Positions 41,095 to 53,715 are shown, counted from the first letter of the stretch. The stretch: DNA of 64,000 bases from Callorhinchus milii (GCF_018977255.1 NW_024704742.1:4218001-4282000); one strand, 5' to 3'. Notes: generated by a model not told the origin, from the letters alone. Translations and numbers: made by a program.

Positions 41095-41462
41095 TAATAA
41101 TAATCCTTGTATTTGATACAGTGCCTTATCACGTCTTCGAGATGTCTCCAAGCGCTTTAGAGAATATACTGTAAAGTGAATTGACTATGTTTTGTGGGCA
41201 ATATGCGACAGCCAATTGCCCAGTGCAGTGTCCTACCAATAGCTGTGGATTGAGTGACCAAATTATTATTTTGTTTTGAAAGGGATTATTACCCCTGGAA
41301 AAGTGATCCTCCAATCAACGAACAACCGGGTTCCTACTCACCGCTAGGTAAACAGAGGCGTGTGGAGTAAGGAAACTTGCCCAACGTTTCGCCCTGCCGG
41401 GAAACAAACTCAGGTCTCTCGCTTTACGAGGCAAGCGCTCTGACCACTAAGCTATAGGACTC
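41095..41462 (-). mobile_element. Full-length long-subfamily SINE
   Basis: Same head and tail as the young copies, with an extra central segment (CCCCTGGAAAAGTGATCC...CTAGGTAAACAGAGGCG). Confidence 0.9.
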
Positions 41463-42456
41463 ATACTATCTCATTTTAGGCAACTTCAGTGTTTCTTCTT
41501 AGTGATGGAGTAGAGTAGTCCTGTTAGAAGTTTCTATACAAATCCCATCTCTGCTTTGAATACCGTGTTGACTAATCGATGTAGTGAGGATAGTCCACTC
41601 AATGGCAGCCAACATTATTGAACAGATGTTGATGGCTCGTCAATCCTCTTGTTGCAAACAGAGTTGTTAGCTTTCAAGCCAAACTGGAACTTTTAAGTTG
41701 GAACTGCAACTCAACATTCAGATGAACCAAAATGTCTCAGTGACAAATATTCATGTGGTCCCATCCACACTATCTCGCCAGAGTGAAAATTGTATATTAA
41801 AATCCTGGGAAACATTTCCATTGAAAAGATTATAAAGGCCTTGTTCAATGCCAATTTTGCTTTTTCTGTCCCGTTGCTATGAAAACACAATCAACAGTTG
41901 ACAATTGTTATCGTAATTGTGATCTTTCTTATCCCTTCAATGGGCTCAAACAACTAGGTGTAAATACTTTTCAAATGCCCATTATTGAATTGAAAGCAAC
42001 AGGAAATTATCATTAAGAACTTTAGTAAAACATTCTGTGCTAACTCTGACAGCAGATTGAAAGTAACAATTTGTGATGTAAGGGGAAGTTCATAAGGTGG
42101 CAGTGTACACTGAAAGCAACGGTAGACTGATGTTAACATAGATTTGACTGAATGATATTTGCAATAGAAATGTTTCCCAAGAGATTTAATAGGCAATCTT
42201 CCTTTGCACAAATTTGCACGGATCCAATTGTGGTACTCTCAGAGAGATGAATGGTAAATAGCTGTCATCTCCTATTGCCATCTCGCTGGATTTGTGGAAA
42301 ATCATAATACATAACACGTGCTTGCAAACATTTTTACAGAGACGAAGAAAGTCGTGTGCTACATGAAAATATGCATTACATTGGGTGGGGGAGGAGAGTG
42401 TTCACATTGGCCTTTGATTTACTGGGATAGATTTTGCACCAAGACTATGCACAATG

Positions 42457-42590
42457 ACAACAACAACAACAACAAAATTACATTTGTATAGCGCCTTTCA
42501 CGTCGGGAGGACGTCCCAAGTCGCTGGACAGACAGAGTTACGGACCCGAGCTGGGGGTCGGGTGGGGGAGGGTGGAGGGCAGGGGGGGGG
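42457..42590 (-). mobile_element. L2-type 3' end
   Basis: Minus strand CCCCCAGCTCGGGT...GGGACGTCCTCCCGACGTGAAAGGCGCTATACAAAT then (TTG)n. A related plus copy lies at ~43920-44030. Confidence 0.75.
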
Positions 42591-44369
42591 AAATAATCCT
42601 TCAAAGTGGACAATTGTCAACATCAGCCATTACACCCGCTGCTGACAAACAAATTAACCAAAACTGCGGCCACTAATTCCTTAGTAAGATTATACTATTT
42701 TTAAAAAAAATTTTATGTAAAAGAGTGAGTCAAGAAATTAATCTCAACTCACGGTTCAGAGGAGTTTTATGAATGATGTGGGCTTGTTTCACTCTTGTGA
42801 TTTATGACATCAACTGAACCCCTGATGAGATTACTTCCAGTAATCACGCCCTGGTAACAATTATTCTCTGTCGTCCCATTTGTGAGACTGACACGATCGT
42901 CATTGGCTGATGATTTGTGTGACAGTCAGTAGTAGTGAAATGTTATATTTTTATTAGCTGTGTGCTTCTCCTTCCTTGGTAACCATGTTCTGTGTGGCGC
43001 AATAGAAAAACTGCATTACAGTTAGGCAGGTCAAAAGTCAACCACTGGAACTATTAGATTTTGATTCCTGGCCCAGTGTGATTTAAACTAAATAGCATAT
43101 GGAATGTGATGTGACGTTAACAAAGTATTCTCTTTCAAATAAATTCAAATGGGTTACATTATAAATATGCGTGAAATATGCTTTCTGTGCTCATTGAAGC
43201 TTATAGGCTTGGGATGAGTTCCTCGCACACTCCAGTGATGTTCGTTGGTCAGTAAGATTTTCGAAATGTTTATTTATTGAACTTTTATGTAGTGCAAAGA
43301 CAGTGGTCACGTGGGATAATTTTGTGTGTACGTGTACTAATATAACTAATTTCTGGGCAAATCAGAAAAACTGCTGAAACCACAGACATGATAGGCCGAA
43401 TGGCCTCTTTTCTGTGCTGCATAATTCTATGATTTGTTCATTTTATTTACCTGTTTTAAATTCAAATTTGTTCAGGTGGTTCACAAACCTGTGGGCAATG
43501 CAGTGGTGTGATCAATGCAACACAAATATGTGTGCCACAGAATGGTGCAATCATAGGTCAATCCCATAGTCCCAAACACTTTGACTTGACTGGAGACTAG
43601 ATCAGGCACTTCCTCAAGAGAAGAAATCAAATGAAGAACTATTGCCAGGCTAGGACTGATTCCTTGTGACCTTGACACATGTCTACCAATAGGCTGGACC
43701 AATAGAAGAGTGAGGAAATATTTGACAAAAATTGCGGGAAATTTGGAAATCTTGCAGGAAATTGCGGGAAGAAAAATCTTCTTGGTTAGATTCAAGTTAA
43801 GCAGGCAGGGAAGGATTGCTTCTGTGGACCAGGAAGGCAGAGATGGCTTATTCCATGCTCTCTGGGCACATTCCACTTCCCTGCTGCTCGCCTGTATTTT
43901 AGAAAAAGCCTGAAACCATTCCAACCCCCAGCTCGGGTGCAAACCCTTAAATGTCCAGTGCCTTGGCTCGTCCTTCCGACGTGAAAGGCGGAATATAAAT
44001 TTAATTTGTTGTCGTTATTATTATTGTTGTTGAAGAATATTCTCAATCTGCTACTGAGATCCAAAGATTTGTTCTGATGATTCTAGTAAAAAAAAGTCAC
44101 CAAATCCATAAATAGGATTTCACAAGTTTACTGTTCAGATATTTTAAACTTAAAGTTGCTTTGTGTCTGTCTTTGTTGGTCTTTTCCGGAAGTGGGTGTA
44201 CTGATGTTTGAGACACATTTATAACCCAAGGGAGCAGTGGCTAAAAATAAAGGATCTTTCACTTAAAGAGAATGTTCTCCACCTTACTTGCAATCCAATC
44301 CACCATGTTGGTCCCTTCAATAGTAGTCTGTAACATATTTATGCCAATATAAACCAACCACCTTGGGAC

Positions 44370-44950
44370 AGCCTGGTTCAGTTGGTAGCACTTTCACCTC
44401 TGAGTAGGGAACTGTGGGATCAAGCCATTTGGGGACTTTGACCTCATAGTCTCGGCTGACACTCCAATAAAGTGTTGGGGGAGTGATCCGTTGTTGGAGA
44501 TGATGTGCTTCAGATAAATGAAAGTCCTGTCCAGCCTATTCAGACGGACATTAAAAATCCCATGGCAATATTTAGAAAAGAAAAGGGTGTTTTTCCTGGT
44601 GTCCTGATCCCAGATAAAAAATATCACTCACTTCATGGCTGTTTGTAGGACATACAATCATAGAATCATGGAATCATAGAATTATATGGCACAGAAGGAG
44701 GTCATTCAGTCCATCGTGTCTGTGCCAGCTCTTTGAAAAGAGCTATCCAAATCAATCCCACTCCCCCGCTCTCTCCCCATAGCCCTGCTAACTTGTCTTC
44801 CCCAATCAAACATTGCTATGTGCAAACTGTCTGCCACAATCTCCTACAAAATACAGTCACTCCACTTTCCAATCAATCATGTGAAGCATTTTGAGATATC
44901 ATCCCTACATGAAAGGTGCTATATCAAATCCAAGGATTGTTATTACAGTT
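44370..44950 (+). mobile_element. Deu-type SINE with an antisense CR1 3' tail inserted (~44657-44805)
   Basis: Head and Deu core before the insert, tail after it. The insert starts with (CATAGAAT)n. Confidence 0.75.
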
Positions 44951-45144
44951 ATTTTATAACCATAAATCAGCAGTGCTCTTAAAGGAGTCTAAAATGATGG
45001 AATTTACAAAACTGATGGTATGAACTATTATATTAATGAAGTCAAATTAAACATGGATTTCTTTGTACAATATAAAGGCCTATGGAATTACTCTGAAATT
45101 AACAGATTGTGTTATTTTACTCTCCAATTTCAGCAAAATTTAGG

Positions 45145-45375
45145 GCGAATTTTTTCATCGAGAGTGTAGTTGGGATGTGGAATGCCCTGCATGCCCTATG
45201 TAGAGTAGTGGACACAGAGTTCACTGTAGCTTTTAAGAGGGAAATTGGAGAGGCATATGAAAGAGGGTCTTGAAGGGTTATGGGAATAAGGTGGGGTGGT
45301 GGGATTGAAATGATCTCCTTGCTCCGTGAGCTGAATGGCCTCCTTCTGCGCTATAGATTTCTATGTTTCTATGTC
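45145..45375 (+). mobile_element. CR1 3' fragment
   Basis: VVGMWNALH-like frame and GAATGGCCTCCTTCTG...TTCTATG tail. Confidence 0.8.
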
Positions 45376-45769
45376 TGAAAAATGTTATGCTCGCCAGACC
45401 TCCCAACTCTTCCCTTCACAAGCTGTAGACCATCCAGAACTCTGCAGCTCAAGTCTTCTCCCACACTAGGCTGCACAAGCCTATCACCCCCATCCTCACC
45501 CAACTTTCAGTCCCTCTGCCCTATCTCTCTGGAACTCAATCCCGGAGCCTCTCTGCCCCTTCCCTCGCCAGATCCATCTCAAGACCTTCCTCTTTGGTTG
45601 CGTCTTTGGTCATCTTTCCCCACCACCCCAACCCCCATTATACAGCCATGCCCCACACAGTTGTACTTATGTACTTATTATTTATCTCATGGACCATTCT
45701 TTCTTTATGTACATATCATCATAAGGATAAGCTTCCAACAAAATGGGAGAAATTAAAAAATCAGGTCTC

Positions 45770-46495
45770 CTGGAATTATTCTCCTTAGAGTAGAGAAGAT
45801 TAGGGAAGATTTAATAGAGGTGTCCACAATTATGAGAGGTTTTGATAGAATAGATAGAGAGAAACTGTTTCCACTGGCAGGTGAGTCGTTAACCAGGGCA
45901 CATAAATTTAAGATAATTGGCAAAAGAACCAGAGGAGAGAGGATGAGAATTTTTTTTTACTCAGAGAGTTGTTACAGTCTGGAATGCACTGCCTGAAAGG
46001 GTGGTGGAAACAGATTCAATAACAACTTTCAAAAGGGAATTGGATAGGTACTTAAAGAGGAAAAAATTGCAAGGATATGGGGAAAGAGCAGGGGAGTGAG
46101 ATTGATTGGGTAACCTGATTGTGGAGTCCTGTAGCTCAGTGGTTAGAGCACTCGCTTTGCCAGTGAGAGACCTGAGTTCAATTCCAGGCAGAGGGCGAAA
46201 CCTTGGGCAAGTTTCCTTACTCCACACAGAGCCGAATAATAATCCCTCCAAAAACAAAACAATAATAAATTGGTAATTTTCAATCCATGACTGTCTGTGG
46301 GACATTGCTGTGCGCAATTGGCTGCCGCGTTCGCCCACAAATATACAGTCAATTCACTTTACAGTGTGTTCTGTAAAGCGCTTTGGGACGTCCTCCCGAC
46401 GTGAAAAGCGCTATATCAAATGCAAGAATTATTATTATTATAACTCTTTGAAAGAGTCGGCACAGGTACTTCTGCGCTGTAATATTCTATGATTC
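45770..46495 (+). mobile_element. CR1 3' fragment split by a young SINE
   Basis: CR1 ORF2 end at 45770-46115; its 3'UTR resumes at ~46442 (AACTCTTTGAAAGAG...ATTCTATGATTC). Confidence 0.88.
46123..46441 (+). mobile_element. Full-length young SINE
   Basis: Near-identical to 13693-14023. Confidence 0.95.
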
Positions 46496-47254
46496 CTCAG
46501 ATTTAAGCCATTGCTTTCAGGCAGATATCCCAAACAAAATCTCAATTTGGATTCTCTGTAATCTTTTACTTTCACGTAACTCAATTATTTAAAAAAATAT
46601 ATTTGCTCCCTTCACTCGGCTGGCTCAGGTATTCTACGTTCCTTTGGCCTCTCTGCTCCACTGTCGGCTGTGCCCTCAACCTCTAGAATTCCCTCCTCAA
46701 TCCCTCTAACCTGCCCCTCTTTGCCAGTCTTTAGATCCCACCTGAAGACCCTTCTCCTCCTCCTCAACCATCCCTATGGTCACCTCCCCTTTCTTCCTGG
46801 CTCAACGTCAAACTGTGCCATTGTTAAGTGCTCTAAGTTGTTACCCTGCATGAAGGACATAAAATTGTATCCACTTTATATAATTATTTCTAAACTTTCC
46901 TTAAAATGTGATCTAAGATTAAACGCATTTTAACCTGTATTTTATTCTAAAATGATATCTGTTTGATGCAGACTGAATCTGACCGGTTTTATACTGTCAG
47001 CTGGGGTGGTTGTGTTGAATGTGAATGGATAGACCCATAATTGTTTTTAAAATCTTTTTCGTGGTCTAGGGATTATAACTCCTAGCCAGGTAAGAAAATC
47101 GGTTCCCGTGTGTAGCCAAACTGTAAAATCGCAAAGGAATTCATGAAAAGGTAGTTCACTCTACATTCTGAATGTTAGTTAAGNAAAAAAGAGATACTTA
47201 TTGTGATATATTTGCATTTTTTAAAATCTTAGTTGCTGTACCAAAAAAAAATGA

Positions 47255-47935
47255 TAGTTTGGTCACTCAATCCACGACTGTTTGTGGGACACTGCTGTGC
47301 ACAATTGGCTTCCCCATTTTGCCCACAGAATATACAGTCAATTCCGTGAAGTGCTTTGAGATTTCCCAAAGACGTGATAAGGTGCTATATCAAATGCAAG
47401 GATTGCTACTACTAGTAGTAATAGTAGTCAATGACTTGCCGCTGTATTTGTGCTGATTGATGGTACGGTATTATATAAAGATTGGTCATTTCTAACTTTC
47501 AATGTGATTTCATTCCTCACCATTAATGGTCCATATAATGAATTTCCAAATATCAGACAGTCCAACCAGGAGGAAATGGTGAATAGAGGAGACAAGTCCA
47601 AGTCACAGGCAAAACCACTGCTGCTGAAGATTTAAGTTTGATTCCTTACTCCAAACGTCTCTGTTTATCTAGCAATAAGTAGGAGCCCAGGTGTTTAGTC
47701 GATTGGCAGCTTGCTTTTCCGGGGGTAATAATCCCTTCAAAAAATAATAATAATAATAATTTGGTCACTTAATCAATGACTGTGTGTGGGACACTGCTGT
47801 GGCCACGTGGCTGCCATGTTTCACCCACAAAATATCCAGTCAATTCACTTTAGAGTATTTTCTGTGAAGCGCTTTGAGACGTCTCGAAGACATAATAAGG
47901 CGCTATATCAATTGCAAGAATTATTATTATTGTTA
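47255..47935 (+). mobile_element. Two truncated SINE copies (~47255-47425 and ~47640-47935)
   Basis: Family body and tail motifs in both. Confidence 0.8.
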
Positions 47936-49065
47936 TTTGTTTGTGTAGTTGCATTGCTAGGGGGCTGGGAAAATGTTGTGGGCCTATCTACCTTCAAAAG
48001 TCTGACTGCACGAGGCCACTTAAGAAGATATAAAATGTAAGGAAAGAGAGATATAGAGTGAGATAAATTAAGAAACAAAAACTTTAAATTGACCGTTTGC
48101 AAGAGATTGTTCCACGTCCCCTTTCTCCAGGTGTCCCTGGCTCATTTCCACTTCAGGGTGCCTTAAATTTATTTCCACTTGCCAGCCTGGGAACGCTCCA
48201 TCAGGATCCCATGCCGTTTTATACCGCTCAAATTAAGCGCATGTCCCACGTCCCAGTTAATTTGATTTTGCCGATAACTTCTTCTGACGCAAACAGTTTC
48301 TACCAAACAACCGATGGGACACAAGAAAGCGGGGAGTCAGGTCAACCTGCGGTGTCCTTTGAATAAACCCGTGTCACGGGTCCGATTGGAAGGTAGAAAG
48401 GGATTAGCACGAGAAACTCTACCATTTCGGATAATATTCCTTGAATTTGGGATTGACAAGATTTTAAAACACGAATCCACTGCATCGCCCATAAATTGTT
48501 CCTAAGGGTGAGCCGGCAGTTCTGGCATTTTTTTCCGACCCCCCGACCCAAAACCCGATTGTGTGTGTGTGTGTGTGTGTGTTTTTTGTTGTTGTTGAAA
48601 TCTCACCACCAGACAGACCTTTGAATCGTTAATAATGTGGATCCGGTGAAGTTGGCCAGGGGCTGGTGAAATCTGGTGACAACTTGGATCTTGTTTTGCT
48701 TTAACCTTAACAGCCAACGCACAAAAAGCCCTCGCATATTCTTTTTTTGGAGCAGGGAATGAATGTTAGCCACGCATTTACCATGTTCCTGGGTTATTCG
48801 TGAAAGGAATGAAGGAATGAATAGAACAGTGGGTTGAAGGATACACAGCTCTTCTGCAGGGACCTCCTGGTTATTTGGGACCTCGCTGTTATTTTCAGGG
48901 GGGACGCCCTTTTTCTAAAGAGCTGTGTGTACAAATACACTGCGCGGGTGGTAGCGCTAAATTCCGAACTTCCTAGAAAGAAATAGGTTCAGCAAACGTA
49001 GGAAGTTTCTCTTGTTGGGTTCGGTTTTCTGTGCTGGTGAAACGCTTGGCTTGCCACACAAAGAC

Positions 49066-49290
49066 ACAAAGCCTAATAATAATCCCTCCAAAAAACACAA
49101 ACAATAATAAATTGGTCATTTTCAATCCACCACTGTTTGTGGGACACTGCTGTGCGCCATTGGCTGCTGCGTTCGCCCACAAATATACAGTCAATTCACT
49201 TTACGGTGTGTTCTGTGAAGCGCTTTGGGACGTCGAGAAGACGTGAAAAGCGCTATATCAAATGCAAGGATTATTATTATTATTATTATT
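49066..49290 (+). mobile_element. 5'-truncated young SINE; last recognisable TE in the window
   Basis: Family body and tail with (ATT)n. Confidence 0.9.
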
Positions 49291-50759
49291 AAAGACAACG
49301 CGTGAATTTACTCTCTGAGGAAGCGCAATATTGCACACTGGTAACTAATGTCTGCAGAGGTCAGTGTGGTTCGGGAAAGTGCCCTTAACCCCTTTTGTTC
49401 CACTTCATGCAACTGCTTGTTGCTAATGAATGGAGAGGTACCAGCAAGAGGGCAATGAGTTAATGCCATCATCCTACATTGAACTTGATATCAGAGAGTA
49501 AATAAAACACCATCCACTGGACTCAAGGTGCGACTCACTGATCACATTTCAGGTACTTGCAAAGCCACCATTAATTTTCGAATAGTCCTTTTAAAACCGG
49601 TTGGATTTGTGGTCGATTCGTACAAGGAGTCAAACCGACAGTCACCGTAAAGATCCCAACAGTGGGCAACTTTTCTTTCTTTTTTTTAAATAAAATTTTT
49701 CTTTTAAAAATTTTTTTAAAAAAAAAAAACCCTAATCACAAGAGGAATTGTAAAAACCTAAACAAAAATATACGTTTCTTGTGTGAATAACGATTTAAAA
49801 CAGGATCGACTTGGCCAACAAATGCCTCTATTTTTACATCCTTTTTTTTGGTGGGGGGGGGGGGGGGGGGGATCCAAAAATTCAGAAGGACTTTTTAATG
49901 ATGAATCTTAGCCTCTGGAGGTTTACATTGGTCGATAGGATTTCCATACAATTTATAAACGAATGTTTTCCCCCTCCCAGAAACTACAGTTCCTATTTAC
50001 TTTACAGCACACAACACCATCCTGTCTTTCTGTAGTGCCTTTCAGGGTAAAACAGGGTCTCGAATGCTTGACAAGTATTGTGGTGGACAAAACCTCTCCT
50101 CACTCAGCCACGTTAAGGAGTTAGCACAATGTCACTGTTGCCCTGATGGGGCAGAGCGAATGAATTAAAATAAAACAAAAAGGTACATTTGTTCTAAATA
50201 AGGATGATTCTTGCAGTGTCAAAGTTGGTTGAAGTTTAAGTGGTGCATTGCACCCGACTCTGTCTGTACACGTAAACCGTGTGATAGATATGCAGAAACC
50301 AGGACTAAACCTGTTTGCACCGTTACAAACATACACATTGCAATTATTATTTCCCTGGTCCACAAGGTTGAAGCAAGGTTGCGACATTTATTTTTAATCC
50401 ATTATTTTATGACCGTTTAGTTTTTAACCCTGTGGGCGTTGAAAGCATTGAACAGAATGCTTCCCCCCCCCCTCCCACCCCATCATTTGGTAAATTGTCG
50501 AGCGTTAAATTGTAATGATTGATTATTGGTGTATCACTGAGAGAACGAACAAGGAATTAAGCACAAACCAACTCGCAATTATTGAGGGGAGCGATACACG
50601 TGAATGTACGGTGTTGTGTGAAGGCAAATGTGTGTTACAAACACAATTCTGCCCTTTTTGCTTTGATCTATATTTTTATACCCTTTAAACCATCTCCTGT
50701 TCTGACCCGTCTCAGGTCCACCTGCAAACCGAGCGCGCACTTTACACACACATATTGGA

Positions 50760-50796
<37 letters not shown>

Positions 50797-51116
50797 TATT
50801 GAAATATTTCCACGCACTGAAGTTGCGGGTGGGGTTGGTACCTGCCATGTGATTGCTGGTTCACAACCATCACTGACCAGTTATTTATTTTATTTTGTGG
50901 GGGGGGGTGTTGATCAATCTAATAAGACAGTGGGTGGGGAAAAAAAAGACAATAAATCTCAACTAACGCAACACAACACAGTGAATGAAATCCCATTTTT
51001 TTGCACACACACACCCCCCCCCCCTATGGAAACGCCTCTGATGAATTTATTCTGGTTTATTTATTTTGCCTTCGATTATTGAGCTGACCGATTGGCACAG
51101 GACTTTGCACATATTT

Positions 51117-51217
51117 TTTACAATTTACAATTTACAATTTACAATTTACAATTTGTAATTTACAATTTGCAATTTGCAATTTACAATTTGCAATTTGCAA
51201 TTTGCAATTTACTTTAC
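51117..51217 (+). repeat. Heptamer tandem repeat (TTTACAA/TTTGCAA)n
   Basis: Directly visible, about 13 units. Confidence 0.95.
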
Positions 51218-52490
51218 AGGGAAGCAAAACCCAATGGCAGAATTGAGAGGAAAAAACGGGTTGAGAGTGGTCGGCCAGAGTGAAAGGGTAATTCAGCTCC
51301 ACTGAGAGAGGAGGTCAGTGTTATTTCCCCCCTTTTTTTTTGCAACTTCCCCAAAAGTTCTGAGACGGTCGGTCGGTCGCTGCTTAAGAGTCAAGTGCAA
51401 TGCGAGCAAAAAGGAGCAGTGGTCCAGCCAGAGGCTGTGTCCCTCTCTCTGAATATCCTCTCCTCTTCACAACGAGGTGAATTACATGTTTCTGGCTCTG
51501 ATCTCCATTGTTTTGTGCACTGAGACACATTCCTGAGCCCCCAAACCACTGAAAAGGAAACTTTAGGCAGAATTAATCACACACACACAGACATAGACAC
51601 ACACATAGACACAGACACACAGACACACACAGACACAGACACACACACACACAGACACACACATACAGACACACACCAAATCCCACCATCCACTCCCACC
51701 ACCCCCCACCACCCTAAATTCTCCCCTGTTTTTTTCTTAAAAAAGTGGGTGCAGGGAGTGCTCGATGGAGAGATGTGGGTACAATCCTTTTAAGAATTGA
51801 GGGGTTTGAAAACTGTCACCATTCACTGCAGGAGGGTTTTTCTCCAGAAAGTGGATGGAAGTGGGTCTTGTCTTCGTGAGGCAAATCCTGTCCTGCAATG
51901 ACCATCTCCCACTCAAATAAACTCATAAAAAGCCACACAACAGGACCCAACACAGTGCGCAGTGGGCAGACAGTTGCTGGACCCCCCCCCCCCACCCACC
52001 ACCACCACCCAACCCCCAAAAAAATAACACAACAAGAGTCGTTGGGGTTTGAGAGGAAAGTTGCCTTGTGTGGAAGGTGACATAATAAGGTTTTATTATT
52101 TTATTATAATTTTATAATTATAATCATTTTATTATGGCTGTAGGTAAAAAAGACTACTACTGGACATTTCTTCGGGAGAATTAGGAGAGGGGAGGGTGAG
52201 AAGGAGGAGGAGGAGGAGAAGTAGGAGAGAGGGAGGGAGGGAAGGAGGGAAGGAGGGAGGGAGGGAGAAAGTGGTGAGAAAGAGTTTTTTAATTATTCAA
52301 GACTTTGAAGCCTGAACTGCTGGGAGAAATGCTTTGATCACGGTGTGTTGTTGCAGTGTCTCACAATCCTCACTCATCCTGGAGGGGAAAGGGGAAAGGG
52401 AAGAGGGAGAAAGCTGTAGAAAGTGGGGTGGAGGTGGGGGAGGGAGTGGAGGGGTGGGGTGGGGGATAACCACAGGACAAACAGACAGAC

Positions 52491-52521
<31 letters not shown>

Positions 52522-52627
52522 CGAGGGCAAAAAAAAAACACACACACACGAGGGGCAGAAAAGAAGTGGAGGGGGAGAGAAGTTGCAGTCTGAAAGTTGC
52601 TGAGAAAGAAAGGAAGGAGAGAGAGAA

Positions 52628-52659
<32 letters not shown>

Positions 52660-52761
52660 GTAGAGGTGGTCAGCAATTGCCTCTGCAGATGTGAGTTTGT
52701 TTTACTTTCTTTTGGGGGCTGTGCCTTTTTGTCATGGTTTTTTTTTCTCTCTCTCTCTATA

Positions 52762-52795
<34 letters not shown>

Positions 52796-52828
52796 CTACT
52801 CTCTCTCTCTCTCTCTCTGTCTCTCCAG

Positions 52829-53121
52829 CGAACAGGACATGATCTCACGTGTAACGAGAGCTCTTTTAGTTCCTTAATCATTTCACGGTTTGTTCAGAGG
52901 CTTTTCTCCACCTAAAACGTTTAGTCTCGGCTCAGTGGACAGCCCCAAAGACACTGCGGGGGTAGCGGAAGAGTCAAATTAACAAGAGCCCCCCTACCCA
53001 CCCCCCTACCCACCCACCCCCCCCAAAAAAAAAAACCCCACCCCTCACCCTCCCAGAGAAAAAGAGAGACAAAAACTTTTGCTGCATTTCTTCCACAAAG
53101 GAGTCAAATCTCAGAACTAAT
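52829..53121 (+). other. PAX5: PAX5 exon 1A 5'UTR with conserved block
   Basis: Contains GAACAGGACATGATCTCAC, TTTAGTTCCTTAATCATTTCACGGT and CCACCTAAAACGTTTAGT, which match the human PAX5 mRNA leader as I recall it. Confidence 0.8.
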
Positions 53122-53167
53122 ATGGAAATGGAAACACACAGCAGCTCGTACAGGAGTTCCCGATCAG
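53122..53167 (+). CDS. PAX5: Paired box 5, exon 1A coding part (MEMETHSSSYRSSRS-G)
   Basis: 46 coding nt ending in phase 1 at TCAG|GTAGGT. Same length, phase and R-x-S-R-x-G ending as recalled human exon 1A (MDLEKNYPTPRTSRT-G). The upstream UTR resembles human PAX5, and PAX5/ZCCHC7 are known divergent neighbours. The paired-box exon is not in the window. Confidence 0.85.
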
Positions 53168-53253
53168 GTAGGTTTGCAAAGCTTTCCACAAAGATATTTA
53201 TATGTGTGTGTGTGTATATATATATAATATATATTATAATATAATATATCAGC

Positions 53254-53292
<39 letters not shown>

Positions 53293-53405
53293 CGCCTGGT
53301 GACAGCTCTGGTGTGTTTCTGGTTAGGAATTAAATAGTTGTCAGTGGTGTAAAATCGGATCGGCAGTTCAGATGTTTTTTTGGGGGTTAAAGAAACAAAA
53401 AAAAA

Positions 53406-53437
<32 letters not shown>

Positions 53438-53715
53438 TAATGCCAAGAGGTGAAAAGGTTGGCTATTGGCCACCTCTCACTGGCCGTGTGGGGGAACGGT
53501 TGGACCCCCACGTTAAGAAACTTTGCAAACTTCTCATCGAAGGTGAATTGGGAGGTCTCCAGGTCAAGTCAAGGCGAGATGTCAGGGCCAAGACACCGAG
53601 TGCTTCTGCCCCATTGCAATGGACGGATGGTCAGGTTCACGTCAATGTTCCTCTGTCACCTCTCTCTGGTCGCCAAAGGGTCGGAGTTAACAGAGATGGA
53701 GAGAAGTGGGGGGAC

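Noticed and set aside
51117..51217. Regular repeat that might suggest a CRISPR-like array
   Set aside because: Spacer-less heptamer microsatellite in eukaryotic DNA.
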